NCBI GenBank assembly: GCA_002189035.1
Contig: NEEC01000179.1
Span: forward strand, 1-60,267
Length of the DNA stretch: 60,267 bases
Direction of reading: 5' to 3'
Source: Utricularia gibba
Taxonomy: Eukaryota > Plantae > Magnoliophyta
The notes under the pieces are model-generated. The model was not told where the DNA came from. It worked only from the letters and a program-made list of their open reading frames with translations, and searched no databases. The translations under genes were made by a program, and so were the position numbers. Shown one piece after another: positions 10,501 to 23,719 of the stretch; the first letter of the stretch is position 1; each line of letters starts with the position of its first letter.

Positions 10501-13500
10501 CGGACCAAGTTCCTAGCGAGACTGGCCGCCACAAAACGAGAAGCTGTTCCTTGAAAAACCATGTAGGCAACCGAAAACCGAACGTTAATAAATACATCAC
10601 TTTCTTTGCCGGGCTACAACTTACTTTGGGCCAAGGCCTAAGCTGACCTTTTTCCGGTTCCAAGTGCCCCCCAAGACCGCCTCCTCAGTATAAAGTAGTT
10701 GTTAAAAAATCATGTGGGGTGCACGTGACATCGTAATTTAAACAAATGCATCATTTTTTTAATCGATTTGCATCCAGTTGACCTCATGAGCCATACAGAA
10801 TCGGGGTCAAGGACCAAGTTCCCAGCGAGACTGGCCGCCACAAAACGAGAAGCGGTTCCTTGAAAAACCATGTAGGCAGCCCCGAAAACCGAACGATAAT
10901 AAATACATCACTTTATTTGCCGGACTACAACTAACTCTCGGGCAAGCCAACCTGACCTTTGTCCGTTCCAGTGCACCCAAAGACCGCCTCTCAAGTATAA
11001 AGTAAGTTGTTGAAAAAATCATGTGGGTGCACGTGATATCGCAATTTAAACAAATGCAACATTGTTTCATCGATTTGCATCCTTTTGTCCTCATGAGCCA
11101 TAAAGAATCGCGGGGCCCGGACCAAGTTCCTAGCGAGACTGGCCGCCACAAAACGAGAAGCTGTTCCTTGAAAAACCATGTAGGCAACCCGAAAACCGAA
11201 CGTTAATAAATACATCACTTTCTTTGCCGGGCTACAACTTACTTTGGCCAAGCCTAAGCTGACCTTTTCCGGTTCCAAGTGCACCCAAGACCGCCCTCAA
11301 GTATAAAGTAAGTTGTTGAAAAAATCATGTGGGTGCACGTGATATCGTAATTTAAACAAATGCATCATTTTTTCATCGATTTGCATCCTTGACCTCATGA
11401 GCCATAAAGAATCGGGGGACCAAGTTCCAGCGAGACTGGCCGCCACAAAACGAGAAGCTGTTCCTTGAAAAACCATGTAGGCAACCCGAAAACCGAACGT
11501 TAATAAATACATCACTTTCTTTGCCGGGCTACAACTTACTTTGGGCCAAGCCTAAGCTGACCTTTTTCCGGTTCCAAGTGCCCAAGACCGCCTCTCAGTA
11601 TAAAGTAGTTGTTAAAAATCATGTGGGGTGCACGTGACATCGTAATTTAAACAAATGCATCATTTTTTTTTAATCGATTTGCATCCAGTTGACCTCATGA
11701 GCCATACAGAATCGGGGTCAAGGACCAAGTTCCCAGCGAGACTGGCCGCCACAAACGAGAAGCGGTTCCTTGAAAAACCATGTAGGCAGCCCCCGAAAAC
11801 CGAACGATAAAATACATCACTTTATTTGCCGGACTACAACTAACTCTCTTTGCAAGCCAAACCTTACCTTTGTCCCGTTCCAGGTGCCCCAAAGACCGCC
11901 TGCTCAAGTATAAAGTAAGTTGTTGAAAAAATCATGTGGGGTGCACGTGATATCGCAATTTAAACAAATGCAACATTGTATTCATCGATTTGCATCCTTT
12001 TGTCCTCATGAGCCATAAAGAATCGCGGGCCCGGACCAAGTTCCTAGCGAGACTGGCCGCCACAAAACGAGAAGCTGTTCCTTGAAAAACCATGTAGGCA
12101 ACACCGAAAACCGAACGTTAATAAATACATCACTTTCTTTGCCGGGCTACAACTTACTTTGGGCCAAGGCCTAAGCTGATCTTTTTCCGGTTCCAAGTGC
12201 CCCCCAAGACCGCCTCCTCAGTATAAAGTAAGTTGTTGAAAAAATCATGTGGGGTGCACGTGACATCGTAATTTAAACAAATGCATCATTTTTTTAATCG
12301 ATTTGCATCCAGTTGACCTCATGAGCCATACAGAATCGGGGTCAAGGACCAAGTTCCCAGCGAGACTGGCCGCCACAAAACGAGAAGCTGTTCCTTGAAA
12401 AACCATGTAGGCAACCCGAAAACCGAACGTTAATAAATACATCACTTTCTTTGCCGGGCTACAACTTACTTTGGCCAAGCCTAAGCTGACCTTTTTCCGG
12501 TTCCCAGTGCCCCCAAGACCGCCTCCTCAAGTATAAAGTAAGTTGTTAAAAAATCATGTGGGGTGCACGTGATATCGTAATTTAAACAAATGCATCATTT
12601 TTTTTAATCGATTTGCATCCAGTTGACCTCATGAGCCATAAGAATCGGGGTCGGACCAAGTTCCCAGCGAGACTGGCCGCCACAAAACGAGAAGCTGTTC
12701 CTTGAAAAACCATGTAGGCACCCCGAAAACCGAACGTTAATAAATACATCACTTTCTTTGCCGGGCTACAACTTACTTCGCCAAGCCTAAGCTGACCTTT
12801 TCCGTTCCAGTGCACCCAAAGACCGCCTCTCAAGTATAAAGTAAGTTGTTGAAAAAATCATGTGGGGTGCACGTGATATCGTAATTTAAACAAATGCAAC
12901 ATTTTTTCATCGATTTGCATCCAGTTGACCTCATGAGCCATAAAGAATCGGGGCCCGGACCAAGTTCCTAGCGAGACTGGCCGCCACAAAACGAGAAGCT
13001 GTTCCTTGAAAAACCATGTAGGCACCCCGAAAACCGAACGATAATAAATACATCACTTTATTTGCCGGACTACAACTACTTCGGCAAGCCAAACCTTACC
13101 TTTTCCCGTTCCAGTGCACCCAAGACCGCCTTCTCAAGTATAAAGTAAGTTGTTGAAAAAAATCATGTGGGGTGCACGTGATATCGCAATTTAAACAAAT
13201 GCAACATTGTATTCATCGATTTGCATCCTTTTGTCCTCATGAGCCATAAAGAATCGCGGGCCCGGACCAAGTTCCTAGCGAGACTGGCCGCCACAAAACG
13301 AGAAGCTGTTCCTTGAAAAACCATGTAGGCAACACCGAAAACCGAACGTTAATAAATACATCACTTTCTTTGCCGGGCTACAACTTACTTTGGGCCAAGG
13401 CCTAAGCTGACCTTTTTCCGGTTCCAAGTGCCCCCCAAGACCGCCTCCTCAGTATAAAGTATGTTGTTAAAAAAATCATGTGGGGTGCACGTGACATCGT

Positions 13501-16500
13501 AATTTAAACAAATGCATCATTTTTTTTAATCGATTTGCATCCAGTTGACCTCATGAGCCATACAGAATCGGGGTCAAGGACCAAGTTCCCAGCGAGACTG
13601 GCCGCCACAAAACGAGAAGCGGTTCCTTGAAAAACCATGTAGGCAGCCCCCGAAAACCGAACGATAATAAATACATCACTTTATTTGCCGGACTACAACT
13701 AACTCTCGTGCAAGCCAAACCTTACCTTTGTCCCGTTCCAGTGCACCCAAAGACCGCCTGCTCAAGTATAAAGTAAGTTGTTGAAAAAATCATGTGGGGT
13801 GCACGTGATATCGCAATTTAAACAAATGCAACATTGTATTCATCGATTTGCATCCTTTTGTCCTCATGAGCCATAAAGAATCGCGGGCCCGGACCAAGTT
13901 CCTAGCGAGACTGGCCGCCACAAAACGAGAAGCTGTTCCTTGAAAAACCATGTAGGCAACACCGAAAACCGAACGTTAATAAATACATCACTTTCTTTGC
14001 CGGGCTACAACTTACTTTGGGCCAAGGCCTAAGCTGACCTTTTCCGGTTCCAAGTGCCCCAAGACCGCCTCCTCAGTATAAAGTAGTTGTTAAAAAAATC
14101 ATGTGGGTGCACGTGACATCGTAATTTAAACAAATGCATCATTTTTTTTAATCGATTTGCATCCAGTTGACCTCATGAGCCATACAGAATCGGGGTCAAG
14201 GACCAAGTTCCCAGCGAGACTGGCCGCCACAAAACGAGAAGCGGTTCCTTGAAAAACCATGTAGGCAGCCCCCGAAAACCGAACGATAATAAATACATCA
14301 CTTTATTTGCCGGACTACAACTAACTCTCGGTGCAAGCCAAACCTTACCTTTGTCCCGTTCCAGTGCACCAAGACCGCCTGCTCAAGTATAAAGTAAGTT
14401 GTTGAAAAAATCATGGGTGCACGTGATATCGCAATTTAAACAAATGCAACATTGTATTCATCGATTTGCATCCTTTGTCCTCATGAGCCATAAAGAATCG
14501 CGGGCCCGGACCAAGTTCCTAGCGAGACTGGCCGCCACAAAACGAAAGCTGTTCCTTGAAAAACCATGTAGGCAACACCGAAAACCGAACGTTAATAAAT
14601 ACATCACTTTCTTTGCCGGGCTACAACTTACTTGGGCCAAGCCTAAGCTGATTTTCCGTTCCAAGTGCACCCAAAGACCGCCTTCTCAAGTATAAAGTAA
14701 GTTGTTGAAAAAATCATGGGGTGCACGTGATATCGCAATTTAAACAAATGCAACATTGTATTCATCGATTTGCATCCTTTTGTCCTCATGAGCCATAAAG
14801 AATCGGGGCCCGGACCAAGTTCCTAGCGAGACTGGCCGCCACAAAACGAGAAGCTGTTCCTTGAAAAACCATGTAGGCAACACCGAAAACCGAACGTTAA
14901 TAAATACATCACTTTCTTTGCCGGGCTACAACTTACTTTGGGCCAAGCCTAAGCTGACCTTTTTCCGGTTCCAAGTGCCCCCCAAGACCGCCTCCTCAGT
15001 ATAAAGGTTGAAAAAATCATGTGGGGTGCACGTGACATCGTAATTTAAACAAATGCATCATTTTTTTTAATCGATTTGCATCCAGTTGACCTCATGAGCC
15101 ATACAGAATCGGGGTCAAGGACCAAGTTCCAGCGAGACTGGCCGCCACAAACGAGAAGCGGTTCCTTGAAAAACCATGTAGGCAGCCCCCGAAAACCGAA
15201 CGATAATAAATACATCACTTTATTTGCCGGACTACAACTAACTCTCTGCAAGCCAAACCTTACCTTTGTCCCGTTCCAGGTGCACCCAAAGACCGCCTGC
15301 TCAAGTATAAAGTAAGTTGTTGAAAAAATCATGTGGGGTGCACGTGATATCGCAATTTAAACAAATGCAACATTGTATTCATCGATTTGCATCCTTTTGT
15401 CCTCATGAGCCATAAAGAATCGCGGGCCCGGACCAAGTTCCTAGCGAGACTGGCCGCCACAAAACGAGAAGCTGTTCCTTGAAAAACCATGTAGGCAACA
15501 CGAAAACCGAACGTTAATAAATACATCACTTTCTTTGCCGGGCTACAACTTACTTTGGGCCAAGGCCTAAGCTGATCTTTTTCCGGTTCCCAGTGCCCCA
15601 AGACCGCCTCTCAGTATAAAGTAGTTGTTAAAAAATCATGTGGGGTGCACGTGACATCGTAATTTAAACAAATGCATCATTTTTTTAATCGATTTGCATC
15701 CAGTTGACCTCATGAGCCATACAGAATCGGGGTCAAGGACCAAGTTCCCAGCGAGACTGGCCGCCACAAAACGAGAAGCGGTTCCTTGAAAAACCATGTA
15801 GGCAGCCCCCGAAAACCGAACGATAATAAATACATCACTTTTTGCCGGACTACAACTAACTCTCGGTGCAAGCCAAACCTTACCTTTGTCCCGTTCCAGG
15901 TGCACCCAAAGACCGCCTGCTCAAGTATAAAGTAAGTTGTTGAAAAAATCATGTGGGTGCACGTGATATCGCAATTTAAACAAATGCAACATTTTCATCG
16001 ATTTGCATCCTTTTGTCCTCATGAGCCATAAAGAATCGCGGGCCCGGACCAAGTTCCTAGCGAGACTGGCCGCCACAAAACGAGAAGCTGTTCCTTGAAA
16101 AACCATGTAGGCAACACCGAAAACCGAACGTTAATAAATACATCACTTTCTTTGCCGGGCTACAACTTACTTTGGGCCAAGGCCTAAGCTGATCTTTTTC
16201 CGGTTCCAAGTGCACCCAAAGACCGCCTTCTCAAGTATAAAGTTGTTGAAAAAATCATGTGGGGTGCACGTGACATCGTAATTTAAACAAATGCATCATT
16301 TTTTAATCGATTTGCATCCAGTTGACCTCATGAGCCATACAGAATCGGGGGGACCAAGTTCCCAGCGAGACTGGCCGCCACAAAACGAGAAGCGGTTCCT
16401 TGAAAAACCATGTAGGCAACCCGAAAACCGAACGATAATAAATACATCACTTTCTTTGCCGGGCTACAACTTACTTTGGCAAGCCAAAGCTGACCTTTTT

Positions 16501-17540
16501 CCGTTCCAAGTGCACCCAAAGACCGCCTTCTCAAGTATAAAGTAAGTTGTTGAAAAAATCATGTGGGGTGCACGTGATATCGCAATTTAAACAAATGCAA
16601 CATTGTATTCATCGATTTGCATCCTTTTGTCCTCATGAGCCATAAAGAATCGCGGGCCCGGACCAAGTTCCTAGCGAGACTGGCCGCCACAAAACGAGAA
16701 GCTGTTCCTTGAAAAACCATGTAGGCAACACCGAAAACCGAACGTTAATAAATACATCACTTTCTTTGCCGGGCTACAACTTACTTTGGGCCAAGGCCTA
16801 AGCTGACCTTTTTCCGGTTCCAAGTGCCCCCAAGACCGCCTCCTCAGTATAAAGTATGTTGTTAAAAAAATCATGTGGGTATAAAGTAAGTTGTTGTAAA
16901 ATTCAAACATGTGGGTGCACGTTTTTTAATCGCATCCAGAAACAAATGCAACATTGTTTCATCGATTTGCATCCTTTTGTCCTCATGAGCCATAAAGAAT
17001 CGGGGCCCGGACCAAGTTCCCAGCGAGACTGGCCGCCACAAAACGAGAAGCTGTTCCTTGAAAAACCATGTAGGCAACACCGAAAACCGAACGTTAATAA
17101 ATACATCACTTTCTTTGCCGGGCTACAACTACTTGGGCCAAGGCCTAAGCTGATCTTTTTCCGGTTCCAAGTGCCCCAAAGACCGCCTCTCAAGTATAAA
17201 GTAAGTTGTTAAAAAATCATGTGGTGCACGTGATATCGAATTTAAACAAATGGTATCATTTGCAGCCCCGAAATTTCCGCATCCATTGAATCAATACATC
17301 ACTTTAGCCATACACTAATCGGGTCAAGGACCAAGCAAGCCAGCGAGCCTTGGCCCTTCCACAAAACGAGAAGCGGTTCCTTGAAAAACCATGTAGGCAG
17401 CCCCCGAAAACCGAACGATAATAATACATCACTTTATTTGCCGGACTACAACTAACTCTCGCAAGCCAACCTTACCTTTGTCCCGTTCCAGGTGCACCAA
17501 AGACCGCCTGCTCAAGTATAAAGTAAGTTGTTGAAAAAAT

Positions 17541-20030
17541 CATGTGGGGTGCACGTGATATCGCAATTTAAACAAATGCAACATTGTATTCATCGATTTG
17601 CATCCTTTTGTCCTCATGAGCCATAAAGAATCGCGGGCCCGGACCAAGTTCCTAGCGAGACTGGCCGCCACAAAACGAGAAGCTGTTCCTTGAAAAACCA
17701 TGTAGGCAACACCGAAAACCGAACGTTAATAAATACATCACTTTCTTTGCCGGGCTACAACTTACTTTGGGCCAAGGCCTAAGCTGACCTTTTTCCGGTT
17801 CCAAGTGCCCCCCAAGACCGCCTCCTCATGTATAAAGTATGTTGTTAAAAAAATCATGTGGGGTGCACGTGACATCGTAATTTAACAAATGCATCATTTT
17901 TTTTAATCGATTTGCATCCAGTTGACCTCATGAGCCATACAGAATCGGGGTCAAGGACCAAGTTCCCAGCGAGACTGGCCGCCACAAAACGAGAAGCGGT
18001 TCCTTGAAAAACCATGTAGGCAGCCCCCGAAAACCGAACGATAATAAATACATCACTTTATTTGCCGGACTACAACTAACGCAAGCCAAACCTTACCTTT
18101 CCCGTTCCAGGTGCACCAAAGACCGCCTGCTCAAGTATAAAGTAAGTTGTTGAAAAAATCATGTGGGGTGCACGTGATATCGCAATTTAAACAAATGCAA
18201 CATTGTATTCATCGATTTGCATCCTTTTGTCCTCATGAGCCATAAAGAATCGCGGGCCCGGACCAAGTTCCTAGCGAGACTGGCCGCCACAAAACGAGAA
18301 GCTGTTCCTTGAAAAACCATGTAGGCAACACCGAAAACCGAACGTTAATAAATACATCACTTTCTTTGCCGGGCTACAACTTACTTTGGGCCAAGGCCTA
18401 AGCTGATCTTTTTCCGGTTCCAAGTGCCCCCCAAGACCGCCTCCTCATGTATAAAGTATGTTGTTAAAAAAATCATGTGGGGTGCACGTGACATCGTAAT
18501 TTAAACAAATGCATCATTTTTTTTAATCGATTTGCATCCAGTTGACCTCATGAGCCATACAGAATCGGGGTCAAGGACCAAGTTCCCAGCGAGACTGGCC
18601 GCCAAAAACGAGAAGCGGTTCCTTGAAAAACCATGTAGGCAGCCCCGAAAACCGAACGATAATAAATACATCACTTTATTTGCCGGACTACAACTAACTC
18701 TCGTGCAAGCCAAACCTTACCTTTGTCCCGTTCCAGGTGCACCAAAGACCGCCTGCTCAAGTATAAAGTAAGTTGTTGAAAAAATCATGTGGGGTGCACG
18801 TGATATCGCAATTTAAACAAATGCAACATTGTATTCATCGATTTGCATCCTTTTGTCCTCATGAGCCATAAAGAATCGCGGGCCCGGACCAAGTTCCTAG
18901 CGAGACTGGCCGCCACAAAACGAGAAGCTGTTCCTTGAAAAACCATGTAGGCAACACCGAAAACCGAACGTTAATAAATACATCACTTTCTTTGCCGGGC
19001 TACAACTTACTTTGGGCCAAGGCCTAAGCTGATCTTTTTCCGGTTCCAAGTGCCCCCAAGACCGCCTCCTCATGTATAAAGTATGTTGTTAAAAAATCAT
19101 GTGGGGTGCACGTGACATCGTAATTTAAACAAATGCATCATTTTTTTAATCGATTTGCATCCAGTTGACCTCATGAGCCATACAGAATCGGGGTCAAGGA
19201 CCAAGTTCCCAGCGAGACTGGCCGCCACAAAACGAGAAGCGGTTCCTTGAAAAACCATGTAGGCAGCCCCCGAAAACCGAACGATAATAAATACATCACT
19301 TTATTTGCCGGACTACAACTAACTCTCGGCAAGCCAAACTTACCTTTGTCCGTTCCAGGTGCACCCAAAGACCGCCTGCTCAAGTATAAAGTAAGTTGTT
19401 GAAAAAATCATGTGGGTGCACGTGATATCGCAATTTAAACAAATGCAACATTGTATTCATCGATTTGCATCCTTTTGTCCTCATGAGCCATAAAGAATCG
19501 CGGGCCGGACCAAGTTCCTAGCGAGACTGGCCGCCACAAAACGAGAAGCTGTTCCTTGAAAAACCATGTAGGCAACACCGAAAACCGAACGTTAATAAAT
19601 ACATCACTTTCTTTGCCGCTACAACTTACTTTGGGCCAAGGCCTAAGCTGATCTTTTTCCGGTTCCAAGTGCCCCCAAGACCGCCTCCTCATGTATAAAG
19701 TATGTTGTTAAAAAATCATGTGGGGTGCACGTGACATCGTAATTTAAACAAATGCATCATTTTTTTTAATCGATTTGCATCCAGTTGACCTCATGAGCCA
19801 TAAGAATCGGGGTCAAGGACCAAGTTCCCAGCGAGACTGGCCGCCACAAAACGAGAAGCGGTTCCTTGAAAAACCATGTAGGCAGCCCCCGAAAACCGAA
19901 CGATAATAAATACATCACTTTATTTGCCGGACTACAACTAACTCTCGGGCAAGCCAAACCTTACCTTTGTCCCGTTCCAGGTGCACCCAAAGACCGCCTG
20001 CTCAAGTATAAAGTAAGTTGTTGAAAAAAT
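17541..20030 (+). repeat. Clean (B-A)x4 dimer block
   Basis: Monomer starts 17541 B, 17855 A, 18160 B, 18474 A, 18786 B, 19098 A, 19409 B, 19717 A. Differences within a class are mostly 1-bp indels. Confidence 0.9.
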
Positions 20031-23000
20031 CATGTGGGGTGCACGTGATATCGCAATTTAAACAAATGCAACATTGTATTCATCGATTTGCATCCTTTTG
20101 TCCTCATGAGCCATAAAGAATCGCGGGCCGGACCAAGTTCCTAGCGAGACTGGCCGCCACAAAACGAGAAGCTGTTCCTTGAAAAACCATGTAGGCAACA
20201 CCGAAAACCGAACGTTAATAAATACATCACTTTCTTTGCCGGGCTACAACTTACTTTGGGCCAAGGCCTAAGCTGATCTTTTTCCGGTTCCAAGTGCCCC
20301 AAAGACCGCCTTCTCAAGTATAAAGTAAGTTGTTGAAAAAATCATGTGGGGTGCACGTGATATCGCAATTTAAACAAATGCAACATTTTTTTATCGATTT
20401 GCATCCTTTGTCCTCATGAGCCATAAGAATCGCGGGCCCGGACCAAGTTCCTAGCGAGACTGGCCGCCACAAAACGAGAAGCTGTTCCTTGAAAAACCAT
20501 GTAGGCAACACCGAAAACCGAACGTAATAAATACATCACTTTCTTTGCCGGGCTACAACTACTTTGGGCCAAGGCCTAAGCTGATCTTTTTCCGGTTCCA
20601 AGTGCACCCAAAGACCGCCTCTCAAGTATAAAGTAAGTTGTTGAAAAAATCATGTGGGGTGCACGTGATATCGCAATTTAAACAAATGCAACATTGTATT
20701 CATCGATTTGCATCCTTTGTCCTCATGAGCCATAAAGAATCGGGCCCGGACCAAGTTCCTAGCGAGACTGGCCGCCACAAAACGAGAAGCTGTTCCTTGA
20801 AAAACCATGTAGGCAACACCGAAAACCGAACGTTAATAAATACATCACTTTCTTTGCCGGGCTACAACTTACTTTGGGCCAAGGCCTAAGCTGATCTTTT
20901 TCCGGTTCCAAGTGCCCCCAAGACCGCCTCCTCAAGTATAAAGTAAGTTGTTAAAAAAATCATGTGGGGTGCACGTGACATCGTAATTTAAACAAATGCA
21001 TCATTTTTTTCATCGATTTGCATCCAGTTGACCTCATGAGCCATAAGAATCGGGTCAAGGACAAGTTCCCAGCGACTGGCCGCCACAAAACGAGAAGCTG
21101 TTCTTGAAAAACCATGTAGGCAACCCGAAAACCGAACGTAATAAATACATCACTTTATTTGCCGGGCTACAACTACTTTGGCAAGCCTAAGCTGATCTTT
21201 TCCGTTCCAAGTGCACCCAAAGACCGCCTTCAAGTATAAAGTAAGTTGTTGAAAAAATCATGTGGGGTGCACGTGATATCGCAATTTAAACAAATGCAAC
21301 ATTTATTCATCGATTTGCATCCTTTTTCCTCATGAGCCATAAAGAATCGGGGCCCGGACCAAGTTCCTAGCGAGACTGGCCGCACAAAACGAGAAGCTGT
21401 TCCTTGAAAAACCATGTAGGCAGCCCCCGAAAACCGAACGTAATAAATACATCACTTTATTTGCCGGACTACAACTAACTTTGGCAAGCCAAACCTTACC
21501 TTTTCCGGTTCCAGGTGCACCCAAAGACCGCCTCTCAAGTATAAAGTAAGTTGTTGAAAAAATCATGTGGGGTGCACGTGATATCGCAATTTAAACAAAT
21601 GCAACATTGTATTCATCGATTTGCATCCTTTTGTCCTCATGAGCCATAAAGAATCGCGGGCCCGGACCAAGTTCCTAGCGAGACTGGCCGCCACAAAACG
21701 AGAAGCTGTTCCTTGAAAAACCATGTAGGCAACACCGAAAACCGAACGTTAATAAATACATCACTTTCTTTGCCGGGCTACAACTTACTTTGGGCCAAGG
21801 CCTAAGCTGATCTTTTTCCGGTTCCAGTGCCCCCCAAGACCGCCTCCTCATGTATAAAGTATGTTGTTAAAAAAATCATGTGGGGTGCACGTGACATCGT
21901 AATTTAAACAAATGCATCATTTTTTTTAATCGATTTGCATCCAGTTGACCTCATGAGCCATACAGAATCGGGGTCAAGGACCAAGTTCCCAGCGAGACTG
22001 GCCGCCACAAAACGAGAAGCGGTTCCTTGAAAAACCATGTAGGCAGCCCCGAAAACCGAACGATAATAAATACATCACTTTATTTGCCGGACTACAACTA
22101 ACTCTCGGCAAGCCAAACCTTACTTTGTCCGTTCCAGGTGCACCCAAAGACCGCCTGCTCAAGTATAAAGTAAGTTGTTGAAAAAATCATGTGGGGTGCA
22201 CGTGATATCGCAATTTAAACAAATGCAACATTGTATTCATCGATTTGCATCCTTTTGTCCTCATGAGCCATAAAGAATCGCGGGCCCGGACCAAGTTCCT
22301 AGCGAGACTGGCCGCCACAAAACGAGAAGCTGTTCCTTGAAAAACCATGTAGGCAACACGAAAACCGAACGTTAATAAATACATCACTTTCTTTGCCGGG
22401 CTACAACTTACTTTGGGCCAAGGCCTAAGCTGATCTTTTTCCGGTTCCAAGTGCCCCCAAGACCGCCTCCTCATGTATAAAGTATGTTGTTAAAAAATCA
22501 TGTGGGGTGCACGTGACATCGTAATTTAAACAAATGCATCATTTTTTTTAATCGATTTGCATCCAGTTGACCTCATGAGCCATACAGAATCGGGGTCAAG
22601 GACCAAGTTCCCAGCGAGACTGGCCGCCACAAAACGAGAAGCGGTTCCTTGAAAAACCATGTAGGCAGCCCCGAAAACCGAACGATAATAAATACATCAC
22701 TTTATTTGCCGGACTACAACTAACTCTTTGCAAGCCAAACTTACTTTGTCCCGTTCCAGGTGCACCAAAGACCGCCTGCTCAAGTATAAAGTAAGTTGTT
22801 GAAAAAATCATGTGGGGTGCACGTGATATCGCAATTTAAACAAATGCAACATTGTATTCATCGATTTGCATCCTTTTGTCCTCATGAGCCATAAAGAATC
22901 GCGGGCCCGGACCAAGTTCCTAGCGAGACTGGCCGCCACAAAACGAGAAGCTGTTCCTTGAAAAACCATGTAGGCAACACCGAAAACCGAACGTTAATAA

Positions 23001-23719
23001 ATACATCACTTTCTTTGCCGGGCTACAACTTACTTTGGGCCAAGGCCTAAGCTGATCTTTTTCCGGTTCCAAGTGCCCCCAAACCGCCTCCTCATGTATA
23101 AAGTATGTTGTTAAAAAAATCATGTGGGGTGCACGTGACATCGTAATTTAAACAAATGCATCATTTTTTTTAATCGATTTGCATCCAGTTGACCTCATGA
23201 GCCATACAGAATCGGGGTCAAGGACCAAGTTCCCAGCGAGACTGGCCGCCACAAAACGAGAAGCGGTTCCTTGAAAAACCATGTAGGCAGCCCCCGAAAA
23301 CCGAACGATAATAAATACATCACTTTATTTGCCGGACTACAACTACTTTGCAAGCCAAACTACCTTTGTCCGTTCCAGGTGCACCCAAAGACCGCCTCTC
23401 AAGTATAAAGTAAGTTGTTGAAAAAATCATGTGGGTGCATATTTTAAACAAATGCAACATTGTATTCATCGATTTGCATCCTTTTGTCCTCATGAGCCAT
23501 AAAGAATCGCGGGCCCGGACCAAGTTCCTAGCGAGACTGGCCGCCACAAACGAGAAGCTGTTCTTGAAAAACCATGTAGGCAACCCGAAAACCGAACGTA
23601 ATAAATACATCACTTTCTTTGCCGGGCTACAACTACTTTGGCAAGCCTAAGCTGACTTTTCCGGTTCCAAGTGCCCCAAAGACCGCCTTCTCAAGTATAA
23701 AGTAAGTTGTTGAAAAAAT

